From IMG/VR virus record IMGVR_UViG_3300035204_001594, positions 13,321 to 77,320 of that record: 64,000 bases of DNA. The stretch is one strand, 5' to 3'. The notes beneath the pieces were generated by a model. The model searched no databases and was not told the DNA's origin. It worked only from the letters and a program-made list of their open reading frames with translations. Of the stretch, positions 1 through 8,957 are shown one piece after another (position 1 is the first letter of the stretch; each line of letters begins with the position of its first letter). Both the position numbers and the translations under genes were made by a program. This DNA comes from a virus.

Positions 1-1060
1 TGGCTGCATCATTGTACACCTGGGAAGCGCGTCCGAAACATAGATTTCCTGACTCCCCCACATGAGGGTGTATATACCCGTTGGCTGCAGATTCGTCCTC
101 TAGGTTTCCCAAGCGGTGTATGTTTATTGCAGTGTCACTGTATGTTCCTATACATTTAGTAAATTTGTTATAGTCCCAGGAAATCCATATATCTCTAAAG
201 GTGTGTGTAGTCTCTACCTCACCTTCCGTACCCCTATAGTGATTTAGGGTTATAGGTCTTAAGGCGTACCAAAAGGTTCGAGTTTTCGGGGAGTATAAGC
301 AGGCTCTACATAAAGGATTATAATAACCTTTTGTAGCGGCATACAGATCCCTAAACACACCGGTAGGTGCTTTAGCAATAGAGGCCTGTAATTGTTTGTA
401 GATTTCCGAGGTCTCAGAGCTGTTTTCGTAGAAGTTATCTGCTTGAAACCGACCATTCTCCAGAAATTTATCCACAGAATTACTGAGATTTGAAACAATA
501 TAATCCACATCTCTCCTAAATTGGCGACGGAAGACAGGGACGTAGAGCTCGTCTAGGCGTAGAGGGCAAGCTTTGCGGTTAGAGGTGTTTTGCCGAGTCC
601 AGTAGTCGTCTACAAGTTTATGGGCAACGTCATCGGGTGATCGATCTCCTAGTATCAGGTCCCTTACGAGGTCAGAACTAGGTCTATTCGGGTACGCTGC
701 AGCTATATACTGCCCAAGACTTTCTAGCATAACATATCGAGCTTTGCGGCCTATGTTTAGTAGTTCGTATATGTATTCCCTGTGGGCGTTAGCCCGCGAC
801 TCGCGTAGTCGTGAGGTTAGATTGGCTACCCCCTTCATGTGTAGGCGGCAAGCTAATCTATAAATAGATGTATCGGACATACCGCTTACCGACACCCAAC
901 TAGAAGGGCTATCGTCGTGAGAAGGCCTAATCTGATTGCTATACACTCCTCTAATCATGTCTTCACGAGCCGCTATGTCTTTCTCTACGCGTGCTTTTAA
1001 TATATCTGGTGCTAATGGGTTTTGTAAAAGATTTGTTACGATTTTATTGTGTTTGTTCAT
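1..1060 (-). CDS. E2 ubiquitin-conjugating-like protein (prokaryotic E2 family), C-terminus cut by window edge; absent from ORF track
   Basis: Hand translation from ATG at 1060 (AAGGA RBS upstream) is open for 353 codons to the edge. It ends ...NGYIHPHVGESGNLCFGRASQ; HPH-x7-C (38-70) matches the E2 HPN...C active-site motif. Directly downstream of a Ub-like gene. Confidence 0.8.
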   Translation of the reverse strand, partial: MNKHNKIVTNLLQNPLAPDILKARVEKDIAAREDMIRGVYSNQIRPSHDDSPSSWVSVSGMSDTSIYRLACRLHMKGVANLTSRLRESRANAHREYIYELLNIGRKARYVMLESLGQYIAAAYPNRPSSDLVRDLILGDRSPDDVAHKLVDDYWTRQNTSNRKACPLRLDELYVPVFRRQFRRDVDYIVSNLSNSVDKFLENGRFQADNFYENSSETSEIYKQLQASIAKAPTGVFRDLYAATKGYYNPLCRACLYSPKTRTFWYALRPITLNHYRGTEGEVETTHTFRDIWISWDYNKFTKCIGTYSDTAINIHRLGNLEDESAANGYIHPHVGESGNLCFGRASQVYNDAA

Positions 1061-1073
1061 AGCTTCCTTAGTC

Positions 1074-1103
1074 AAAGCGGGGGGTAGTCAGACCCCCCGC
1101 TTT
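1074..1103 (-). terminator. 12-bp perfect hairpin between Ub-like and E2-like genes (weak terminator or stability element)
   Basis: AAAGCGGGGGGT-agtcag-ACCCCCCGCTTT; only a short U run on the minus strand. Confidence 0.6.
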
Positions 1104-1121
1104 ACGTGTATCTAGGTTATA

Positions 1122-1430
1122 TTAGCAACCACCTTGGATTTTAGTAGGGGTTACTTGTACACTATCACCTGGGTTTAAAGTTTGCCCAGCTTCAGCATTC
1201 ATGCCATTAATTTTAACTATAAAGTTTTTAGGCGCTGCGTTGATTTTAAGATTATCTTTAAAGAACGAGTCAATAGTAGTTCCTGAAGGAATCACGTAGT
1301 CTTGACTAGTGTGGTTATATACGTCTAAGCAAGAGACGTTTATAGTAGAAGATGTGTTGGTATCTGTGCCGCCAAATGTAGTGTTGCAGGTTTGTGTTTC
1401 GGTTGCGCCGAATGTTGATTCAGGGTTCAT
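1122..1430 (-). CDS. Ubiquitin-like/ThiS-MoaD beta-grasp protein ending GG-C
   Basis: IPSGTTIDSFF...FIVKING...LNPGDSVQVTPTKIQGGC is the ThiS/MoaD/Ubl pattern, with a diglycine one residue from the end. Confidence 0.8.
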   Translation of the reverse strand: MNPESTFGATETQTCNTTFGGTDTNTSSTINVSCLDVYNHTSQDYVIPSGTTIDSFFKDNLKINAAPKNFIVKINGMNAEAGQTLNPGDSVQVTPTKIQGGC

Positions 1431-1434
1431 AGTG

Positions 1435-2262
1435 TTAGCTTCCTTCGAGTAGCTTACGTTGTTTTATCAAATGGTTATCCAAGTACTTACCTTTGCGCTT
1501 GAATATCTTGCCGGTATAGGGACATATCCAGCCTTCACCATATGTGAAAGCTTTCCATTCCATAATGGGAACATACAGATCCGGAGTCTCTGTAGCCGCT
1601 TTAATAATATTAGTAAACATGTATTTGCTAAGTGTCTGGTAAGTTTTATCTGTGATAGGACATACCCATAACCCGTCAGCATTTCGACGAGGGGAAGGCT
1701 GAGTAAGATTTTCCGTAGTTTCAGTACCGATTGGGCGCGCCTCACCTTCAACCTCTGTTACAAGGTCTTCGGGTAAGCCAATAATACTATCAACCCATTG
1801 GGGAAAATCTTCGCTAGCACAATCCAGTACATGAATCTCTCTATCCGGGTAACTTTTATTTATAAATTTCTTGGCAGCGGTTTTAGCCCACTTCCGAGCA
1901 GCGGTTAGTGTTCTCGACGAGTGATCCGGAGCCTTACGCTCCTTAGGCTTTTCGAACAAGAAAATACAAAACGGTTTAGATGCTGTAGGAGGCTTAAACT
2001 TATGCTGAAACCCGCCAGCGGTTACCTTAGAGCTTATCTCTTGTTGGTAAACCCGCTCCTCCTTTTCTTGCCTTTTTTCTGCTCTTTTAATGTACGAGAA
2101 CGGCCTAACTACCCACGCATCTTTAGGCCATAAGGCCTTAGCGCATTTAGTGGCTGCTCTTTCTGTATCAAAAAGGCTCGGTTTACCCGAGCCTTCTTCT
2201 ACATAGGAATCTAAATTTTTTAACCAAATTACGTATTTAGACGATTTCGACATCCAATTCAT
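1435..2262 (-). CDS. Hypothetical basic protein with two degenerate Zn-finger-like repeats
   Basis: WVCPITDKTY..KY and WICPYTGKIF..KYLDNHL. Confidence 0.6.
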   Translation of the reverse strand: MNWMSKSSKYVIWLKNLDSYVEEGSGKPSLFDTERAATKCAKALWPKDAWVVRPFSYIKRAEKRQEKEERVYQQEISSKVTAGGFQHKFKPPTASKPFCIFLFEKPKERKAPDHSSRTLTAARKWAKTAAKKFINKSYPDREIHVLDCASEDFPQWVDSIIGLPEDLVTEVEGEARPIGTETTENLTQPSPRRNADGLWVCPITDKTYQTLSKYMFTNIIKAATETPDLYVPIMEWKAFTYGEGWICPYTGKIFKRKGKYLDNHLIKQRKLLEGS

Positions 2263-2452
2263 TTAAGGGGACTACGGTAATCTGCCCTATGTTCGTAACT
2301 AAGTTACGTTTATAGAGTATATCGAAGGCCTCTTGTTTTTTCTGTTGTGCCTCCTCCTGGGAGGAAAACATAAACTCTGGGTCTTTAAGAAACCCTCCTA
2401 AAGTCCCTCCGTCTTTAGTAGTGTATGCTAGTACCCAAAGTATGCTGTTCAT
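2237..2452 (-). CDS. Hypothetical protein
   Basis: 71 aa ORF tiled in the minus-strand operon. Confidence 0.6.
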   Translation of the reverse strand: MNSILWVLAYTTKDGGTLGGFLKDPEFMFSSQEEAQQKKQEAFDILYKRNLVTNIGQITVVPLNELDVEIV

Positions 2453-2455
2453 AAA

Positions 2456-2923
2456 TTACGCTCCCCGAGCTTGCACCAACCCTTGTAGTAACTTTCTCGC
2501 CCTCTCTTGTAGGTTACGGAGTTGAAGCTCCGCGCCCTCAGGAGAAGAGGGTATCTCATGATCTTTAGAAGCGATTTCTCCTACCAGCTTAATGAGATCG
2601 AAAGTACTGGCGGTCGCAGTGGTTGTCTCGGTTGACAGTTCAATGTTTTCTTCCTCTATTTTATTTTGATCGAAGACAATGTCCAAAACGGTGAGGCCTA
2701 GTATATTAGGGTTATCCAGCCACCCACTCAACTCGTCATAAACGCAGTTAGCTACGCAGTTAACAGTAGGGAGCTTACCAAATACGTCCTCGCCTTGTAA
2801 GGTGTTACCGTGTTCTTTAATAATATACCGATTAAAAGCAGCTATATCGTCTATAACTAGTTTTAAATTAATAAGTGTTCCGTTGGATAGGTTAATTCGG
2901 GGTTGAGTAGTTTGAGAGGTCAT
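2456..2923 (-). CDS. Hypothetical protein
   Basis: 155 aa ORF, ATGA overlap with upstream gene. Confidence 0.65.
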   Translation of the reverse strand: MTSQTTQPRINLSNGTLINLKLVIDDIAAFNRYIIKEHGNTLQGEDVFGKLPTVNCVANCVYDELSGWLDNPNILGLTVLDIVFDQNKIEEENIELSTETTTATASTFDLIKLVGEIASKDHEIPSSPEGAELQLRNLQERARKLLQGLVQARGA

Positions 2924-3429
2924 AGTATAGTTAAAAATCCTGATAAAGTATCTACAACCACTCCCCCTTGACCAGACTTAGAGGCTCTTACGAGTCGGAA
3001 GTGCCCCGTAGGGTTCTCTGTAGCCACGCCTGTATGTATGACCATATCTTGACCTAAGGTAGAGTTATAGAAAAGAATTGCGGGTATGTGATCGGGGAAG
3101 GCTGCAAACAGCTCCCCGCCTTTAGAGACAAATGTTTGCCACACCTCACACTTAGTAGGGCGTAGAAATAAATCATTCATACCCCATGTGTTCATTCTGT
3201 GGCTCCGAACCGTAAACGGCTCAAATAATGACTGCATCTCTAAAAGCGGAGTTTCCGAACGTTTAATCCGAGTTTCCCAGAGAGAAAGGCTTTCTGCGTT
3301 ATCCTTAAACAGGTTTCGTAAGATCTTCTTACAAACCTTATTTTCATAAGCAGCTTGCCTATTCTCCTGGGATCGGTCTTTAAACTCCTTTAAATTTTCA
3401 AAGGGATTAGGACTTTTTCGAGGTTTCAT
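2920..3429 (-). CDS. Hypothetical protein (likely start MKPRK at 3429)
   Basis: In-frame ATG at 3429 shortens the overlap with the recA-like gene. Confidence 0.6.
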   Translation of the reverse strand: MKPRKSPNPFENLKEFKDRSQENRQAAYENKVCKKILRNLFKDNAESLSLWETRIKRSETPLLEMQSLFEPFTVRSHRMNTWGMNDLFLRPTKCEVWQTFVSKGGELFAAFPDHIPAILFYNSTLGQDMVIHTGVATENPTGHFRLVRASKSGQGGVVVDTLSGFLTIL

Positions 3430-4654
3430 CGTCACCGTCGCTGTCTGAAACTTTGTCGGCAGCGCCTGACTTGTGGTCCACCTTCGCTGCCGTAGATATT
3501 TCATATGCAGCTCGTTCTTCCGGGGTAATGTCTAACCTATCCCACAACCTACTCCTATTTACACCTAACCTGTCGGAAAGGAGTTCTCGAAGCTCTACGT
3601 TGTTTCGAATAGCGGCCCCTAGTTCTGAGTCCGTTACTTTTACAATATCCAAGGCACGGCAGCTATACTTATTAGCGCTTACCGTAACTAAACAGTCGTC
3701 TTTAATAAGCCTTTTCAATCCATGGGTGCCGTCATCCGCTAAAAGCATCGCTGTTGCTGCATCCCAGTCAAACCAGCATTTGTCAATCTGACCCGTTTCC
3801 GAGTCTTTAGTCCAACGGTATGGAATAGTAATTTGTCTCTGAGAGGCGCCTAAAGAGTTTTTAGCAGCCTTTACTTTAAGTATACGTTGGGTGTACCCTA
3901 AAGTCTTTTTAAAGTCAGGGGTACCTTTAACCACAGAAAACCACATGTCTAACACAGCATGGTAATCTTGTCCTGTGCCCCCCGGCTTACGCTTAGCTCC
4001 CTGTATAGGAGACATTATGTCGTCGCTAAGGTGGTTAACGTATAAAAACAAATAAGGTTTCATAAAGAGCTTCTCATTAATGTACTTAAAGAACTCGTTA
4101 TGAGACTTGGCTTTAACCATCCCTACAGTACTTCTTGCATTAACGGCCCCTTCTTTTCTAATTTTCTCCATGCCTTCGGAAGCGGTAACACCCCCCAAGG
4201 AGTCCACAATAAAAACAATGGGGACGTCCTTCATATTAGGGTCGTTAGAGGCGAATTCTATAGCGTCTAATACCTGAGACTGCCATTCTTCTGTGCTAAA
4301 GGCAACATAGTCTAATGTACGGTCTAAATGATTTTCGCCGACAATGGCACGATACAAAGACGGACTCTTTTTATTTTCCGTATCTATATACACACACACG
4401 CCGCCATAATCCATCCAAGTTTTTGCTAATGTCATGGCATAGGCTGATTTACAGGACTCCTTAACCCCCGCTAAGCCGATGACTCGGCCGCAGGGGTAGA
4501 AGTTCTGGTCTGCTATCCATCTATATGCGAGGTGATCACAAGGAAAACCCCACATTCTTTGTTCTGCCTCGGTACCCAAACAAACTTTTCCGTCGCTATT
4601 TTTAACAGCGTTGTCTAGCATGGCTTGAATACCTGGATGGGGACTAGATTTCAT
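3407..4654 (-). CDS. recA: RecA/UvsX-like recombinase
   Basis: GRVIGLAGVKESCKS (variant Walker A), YIDTE, IVFIVDSLG (Walker B), YVNHL, PGG, KNSLG. Confidence 0.85.
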   Translation of the reverse strand: MKSSPHPGIQAMLDNAVKNSDGKVCLGTEAEQRMWGFPCDHLAYRWIADQNFYPCGRVIGLAGVKESCKSAYAMTLAKTWMDYGGVCVYIDTENKKSPSLYRAIVGENHLDRTLDYVAFSTEEWQSQVLDAIEFASNDPNMKDVPIVFIVDSLGGVTASEGMEKIRKEGAVNARSTVGMVKAKSHNEFFKYINEKLFMKPYLFLYVNHLSDDIMSPIQGAKRKPGGTGQDYHAVLDMWFSVVKGTPDFKKTLGYTQRILKVKAAKNSLGASQRQITIPYRWTKDSETGQIDKCWFDWDAATAMLLADDGTHGLKRLIKDDCLVTVSANKYSCRALDIVKVTDSELGAAIRNNVELRELLSDRLGVNRSRLWDRLDITPEERAAYEISTAAKVDHKSGAADKVSDSDGDDETSKKS

Positions 4655-4662
4655 AAATAAGT

Positions 4663-6063
4663 TTAACCTTTATTTTGCTGGTCTTGAAGATTCTGTAAAC
4701 GGCTCATCATTTCCTGCATCTGAGTATCGAGGTTTCCCTCGTTTCCATCAGCCGGACTAGGAGTCGCAGGAGTAGGAGTCGTAGGAGTCGGTGTGGCAGA
4801 AGGAGCTGGGATTGCACCTGCTGGAGGCATCCCTGCCGCAGGGGGAGCTGCAGGAGCCGGAGGGGTTGTAGGAGCTGTAGGCTCTACCGGAGTAACTGAT
4901 GTGGGAGTAGGGGCAGCCGCTGTTGTTACAGGGGGCACACTGGGTACAGCTACCTGCGTAGGAGTGTCCTCCATAATACCTGCTCCGATTAGCGCCCACT
5001 CCGCGCCTACAAACAATTCCTTCATCCATTCAACCTGCTGACTCCACGTGCTCTTGTATAAGTAGTCGCCTATAGGCTTCACACTATCAAACAGCTCTTG
5101 AGGCATTTGGTAGTTAGCGTATACATCGGTTAAGTTATCTACCTGACTAGAGTAGGCGGTAATGCCCGCTGCTCCAGATGGCTTAGATGTAAACTCTACT
5201 AATTTTAGGTTCTTAGCGTAATCGTGATGTACAAATGTGTCTGCTTCCCATTTCCGACGAGCATCTACATCGTTTATAACATCTCCGTAATTTTCACGAA
5301 CATCTGTAGGGTTAGTTGTTCCTTCCCCAGATTTCATTAAAAATTTATCATAGAAACCTACTTTAGTATCCATGTGAGGAGCTGAGTTGATGGCGGTTAC
5401 CTGGTTGACCAAAAATACTCTATGCTGAGGCCACTGAGCTTCGCCGGTCTCGGCATTAACAAGATAGTTGGTACCAGCGTTTTCCATAACAAACCCTTGA
5501 ATAAGTAAGCATCTAGTGCCTCGGCGCATAGGAGCATCTATAGGGCTTCCGTACGGGAGAATACTCTCAGCGTCTGCATGAATCACAGGGCTGGTCGTTT
5601 CCACCTTATTGGCTCTTTTGTTAAATTTAGGGGAACCTGAGGCTTTCCATAGGTATTCCTGCAGTTTATACATAGGAGACTGATAACCACGCCCCCAAGA
5701 CTGCTCCGCTATAACTTTCTCTTCGCCAGTTTCCTCATCTACAACTGTATTGATTGCTAAAATGGACATACGCTGTGAGCTATCCCCTAGCCCTATGTTT
5801 TGGTAGATGTACACCCAATCTAAAGCATAGTCGCCTAGTACGGGGAGCATACCTGTATTACGTGCCTTGTCATCTACGAACATACCATACGTAAGGGTGT
5901 TATCTGACGTAGGTATATAGGGGATTATGAATTTAGAAGGACCTTTGTTTCCTCCTAAGTACGCGAGGGCCGGAGCATCGGGACTTAAAATTTTATTAAA
6001 TTTATATTCTGTTGTAGCATTATTCGCTTGATTAGCGATATCTAGTGCTGGGTTTTTAGACAT
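4663..6063 (-). CDS. Hypothetical replication protein, candidate SSB; Pro/Ala/Thr-rich C-terminal linker
   Basis: Likely start MSKNP at 6063 with AGGA upstream. Lies between polymerase and recombinase; low-complexity tail then a short helix. Function by context only. Confidence 0.5.
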   Translation of the reverse strand: MSKNPALDIANQANNATTEYKFNKILSPDAPALAYLGGNKGPSKFIIPYIPTSDNTLTYGMFVDDKARNTGMLPVLGDYALDWVYIYQNIGLGDSSQRMSILAINTVVDEETGEEKVIAEQSWGRGYQSPMYKLQEYLWKASGSPKFNKRANKVETTSPVIHADAESILPYGSPIDAPMRRGTRCLLIQGFVMENAGTNYLVNAETGEAQWPQHRVFLVNQVTAINSAPHMDTKVGFYDKFLMKSGEGTTNPTDVRENYGDVINDVDARRKWEADTFVHHDYAKNLKLVEFTSKPSGAAGITAYSSQVDNLTDVYANYQMPQELFDSVKPIGDYLYKSTWSQQVEWMKELFVGAEWALIGAGIMEDTPTQVAVPSVPPVTTAAAPTPTSVTPVEPTAPTTPPAPAAPPAAGMPPAGAIPAPSATPTPTTPTPATPSPADGNEGNLDTQMQEMMSRLQNLQDQQNKG

Positions 6064-6083
6064 GTTGTCGTAATTCCTGGGGG

Positions 6084-8957
6084 TTACTCTTTTATGTGTA
6101 TTCCGTGTTGTTCTAATTCTTTCTCCGTTAAAGGGCTTCCCCATCGAAGAGAAATTTCTGGGTCAATCTGTAGGGTTAGGTCGTATCCGGGGATGGTACA
6201 TCTATCGCACATACACACCTGTAATGCCTGTACGGTTTCCTGTACCTCCTCGATAGGACAAGTTGTTAAAATTTGGTCATGAACACTCATTAAAATTTTG
6301 TAGTTTAACGTAGGTTTATCTACGCGTCTATAGTCATATAGGTTAACTAGGGCTTTAGACATAAGATCGCCCACAGTACCTTGAATAGGCATGTTCATAG
6401 CTTGACGTTCTTGATGGGCTATAACCTCGTGGTCATTCGTCTTCTCGAAACGTCTCCTACGACCTAAAGCGTTGGTGACAAATCCTTGAGTTACTACTAA
6501 TGCTTTCTGATCCCCTAACCATTGAGTTAGTTGAGGATACGTAGCTTTAAATTTCTGAATAGCTTCCTGGGATTCCTCTACCGTAATATTGACGCCCTGT
6601 CTGTAAACTTCTTCCTTAATAGCGGCTGCTCCTCGACCATACGCAATACCAAATGTAATAGTTTTGGCTATAGTCCTTTTAGGAGATTCGTCTAGGTGCT
6701 TAATCCATGCCTTAGTGCCTTCAGTCCAGTTGTTAGGCATAGGTTCGAGTTGGAACATATCTAAAGCAGTTTCTGAGTGGAAATCTACACCAGGGGCAGA
6801 AAGACGTTCTTGCATATTAGTGTCCCCGCTTAGCCAAGCCATAACATATAACTCAGCTCCTACCCAATCGGCATCTACAAAGCACCACCCCGGCTCAGGC
6901 ACAAAACAAGAACGAATAGGCGGTACTTCTTCTTCAAATACATTAGATAGTACGGCCTCGGCGCTTTTAGGGATCTGGGCCATATTAGGATTAGAGTGGC
7001 CGTACCTGCCGGTCTCTACAGTCTGCCTAATACGACAGTGTACTCGTCCGTCTGGCCACACCTTGCTTAATATACCTTTAGTCATATCTACAGACTCCCC
7101 CTCATCTGCGTTAATATACTCTCCCGTAAATGTTTTCACAGCTTGACTGACTGCGCTGTAATACAAAACATTTTTAAGGAACGGGTCATCGGGATTTTCT
7201 ATAAGCAGAGTCTGAATACTTGCTTTATCTGTAGAGGGCCTACTTTCGGCAAGCAGCCCTTTCGATAAAACATCTACCCATTTCTTGCCGTCCCCTGTTC
7301 GTTTAACAGGAGTGTAGACCTTTAGGCGGGCGTCGTCAGGACTTTTAATAGTCACTACCCCCTGAGCATTAGGCTTCCCTACACTAAACAAAGCCTCTAC
7401 CTTTTGATCCGATGAGTCGGGATTGAATTCAGGCCAGTTAAGCTCGTCTCGTAACGCTTGCTTAAGCTTATTTTTACCTTCTGTATATAATTTGGCTAAT
7501 ACGATCATACGTTCGTGATCTACCCCTATCCCCTCTAACTCCATTTCTAGAATGGGAAGAGTTGCGGGCATGGATATATTCTCAAACAATGATAGCAGAT
7601 CTTCATGACCCTCGCTGCGCATTTCTGCGTACTGTTGTACAAATATTCTGAAAGTTGTATCTGCGTCTGCTGCAGCATAGGGAAGCAGTATCTCGGAAGG
7701 TACGTGTTGGAATCCATTCTCCTCAACATCTGCCTTATTTTCCTTAATCCATTGTTTAACGTCCTTATCGTACCTTCCCAAAGAGGTGTACCTAAGGGTG
7801 TAGACTTCTAAAGCCTGCTTCCAGTTTTCGTTTAGTAGGTGTCCCGCTAAGCCGGTGTCCCAGCCTTTCGTAACATTTACGCCCAGCTCTACGCCGTACT
7901 TATATAACCACGGGAGGTCTGCTCGTATAAAATGTCCTATTAACCGAGCCCTTTCATGCTCAAACAGCTTCCGTAAAATTGTCCAAGCTCTTTCAAGGTT
8001 TTGCTGCAGCTCGGAAGCATTACCGTCCTCGTCGGTAAATATAGGCACAATAACCTTTCCGGGAGACCAGGCAATTTGAATGGTCCTTAAGCATCCATCT
8101 AAGATTGTTTGCCCTGCCCACTCGCAATCGACCGCCAACCACCCGTGGTACTCGTCAATAATGGTATTCACCCAGGACTGCAGTGATTTTAAGTCGAGTA
8201 TATAGTGGTACTCTGGGGTAATGGTAGATGTTTTAAGGTCCGGTGTTTCCGCCTTGGCCATAGCTCGTTTAAGTGTACTCAGATCTAATCTTAATTGGTC
8301 CCTGTTTTCAGGCTTATGTATTAGGGAGCTCGGGTTTAGGCACGCTATGAATGTAATGCCTTCATATTCATCGCTGTCTACTGTAAAACTCATTCCTTGA
8401 TAGTCCGAAAGCTTAGCCTTAACTCCGCATATTGCTTTAAGAGCTTTGGCCCCTAGAAGGACTACGATCTCAGGGTTTACTAAAGATATTTCGGTAGATA
8501 TAAGTTCTTTAGACCAGTTTATCCAAGTTTTTGGGAGAGCGGCTTTTTTAATAAACATTCCGTGTTTAACCGCAGTGGTGTAATAAAAGTCTGTGCAATC
8601 TACCCCCTGATCTGAACAAGCTTCTGTGAACTCTTTAGTGTAATCTCCTAGCCAAAGTACCCCTAAGTCTTCTTCAATGGGGTTAACGCAATCTCCGATA
8701 ACCATAACTTTATGAGGACGGAGGGGTCCTCCTTTCTTATTAGACATCTGTCGAATCTGGGTTGCATCAGTTCGTTCAACAAATTTCATGGTGCGTCCCG
8801 GCAATGTTTTAACAATGTGAGTAGATCCCCCTTCTTCTACTGTAACTACCGTAGGCTCACATAGGAGTTTAGCGGTAGCGTCAGCTGTATTAAGAGATTG
8901 TTGAACTTGTAGTCGGGATACCAGGTAATTATCGGTAAGCGGCTCTATAGTTGTCAT
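6084..8957 (-). CDS. polA: Family A DNA polymerase with N-terminal family-4 UDG-like domain and 3'-5' exonuclease (SPO1-type architecture)
   Basis: UDG-like EISLVNPEIVVLLGAKA; exo DCE, GHFIRAD, YAAAD; pol TGRYGHSNPN, motif A DWVGAEL, motif B RTIAKTITFGIAYG, motif C VHDQ. Confidence 0.92.
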   Translation of the reverse strand: MTTIEPLTDNYLVSRLQVQQSLNTADATAKLLCEPTVVTVEEGGSTHIVKTLPGRTMKFVERTDATQIRQMSNKKGGPLRPHKVMVIGDCVNPIEEDLGVLWLGDYTKEFTEACSDQGVDCTDFYYTTAVKHGMFIKKAALPKTWINWSKELISTEISLVNPEIVVLLGAKALKAICGVKAKLSDYQGMSFTVDSDEYEGITFIACLNPSSLIHKPENRDQLRLDLSTLKRAMAKAETPDLKTSTITPEYHYILDLKSLQSWVNTIIDEYHGWLAVDCEWAGQTILDGCLRTIQIAWSPGKVIVPIFTDEDGNASELQQNLERAWTILRKLFEHERARLIGHFIRADLPWLYKYGVELGVNVTKGWDTGLAGHLLNENWKQALEVYTLRYTSLGRYDKDVKQWIKENKADVEENGFQHVPSEILLPYAAADADTTFRIFVQQYAEMRSEGHEDLLSLFENISMPATLPILEMELEGIGVDHERMIVLAKLYTEGKNKLKQALRDELNWPEFNPDSSDQKVEALFSVGKPNAQGVVTIKSPDDARLKVYTPVKRTGDGKKWVDVLSKGLLAESRPSTDKASIQTLLIENPDDPFLKNVLYYSAVSQAVKTFTGEYINADEGESVDMTKGILSKVWPDGRVHCRIRQTVETGRYGHSNPNMAQIPKSAEAVLSNVFEEEVPPIRSCFVPEPGWCFVDADWVGAELYVMAWLSGDTNMQERLSAPGVDFHSETALDMFQLEPMPNNWTEGTKAWIKHLDESPKRTIAKTITFGIAYGRGAAAIKEEVYRQGVNITVEESQEAIQKFKATYPQLTQWLGDQKALVVTQGFVTNALGRRRRFEKTNDHEVIAHQERQAMNMPIQGTVGDLMSKALVNLYDYRRVDKPTLNYKILMSVHDQILTTCPIEEVQETVQALQVCMCDRCTIPGYDLTLQIDPEISLRWGSPLTEKELEQHGIHIKE

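Noticed and set aside
259-510. 83-aa ORF in the track
   Set aside because: Out-of-frame shadow inside the longer E2-like ORF 1-1060
4755-4960. Short GGAGTC/GGAGC-type DNA repeats
   Set aside because: They encode the Pro/Thr/Ala linker; no constant repeat-spacer period, so not CRISPR
6064-6144. Track starts at 6144 (and 3504 for the gene after recA)
   Set aside because: They create long overlaps with upstream genes; downstream ATGs at 6063 and 3429 fit better
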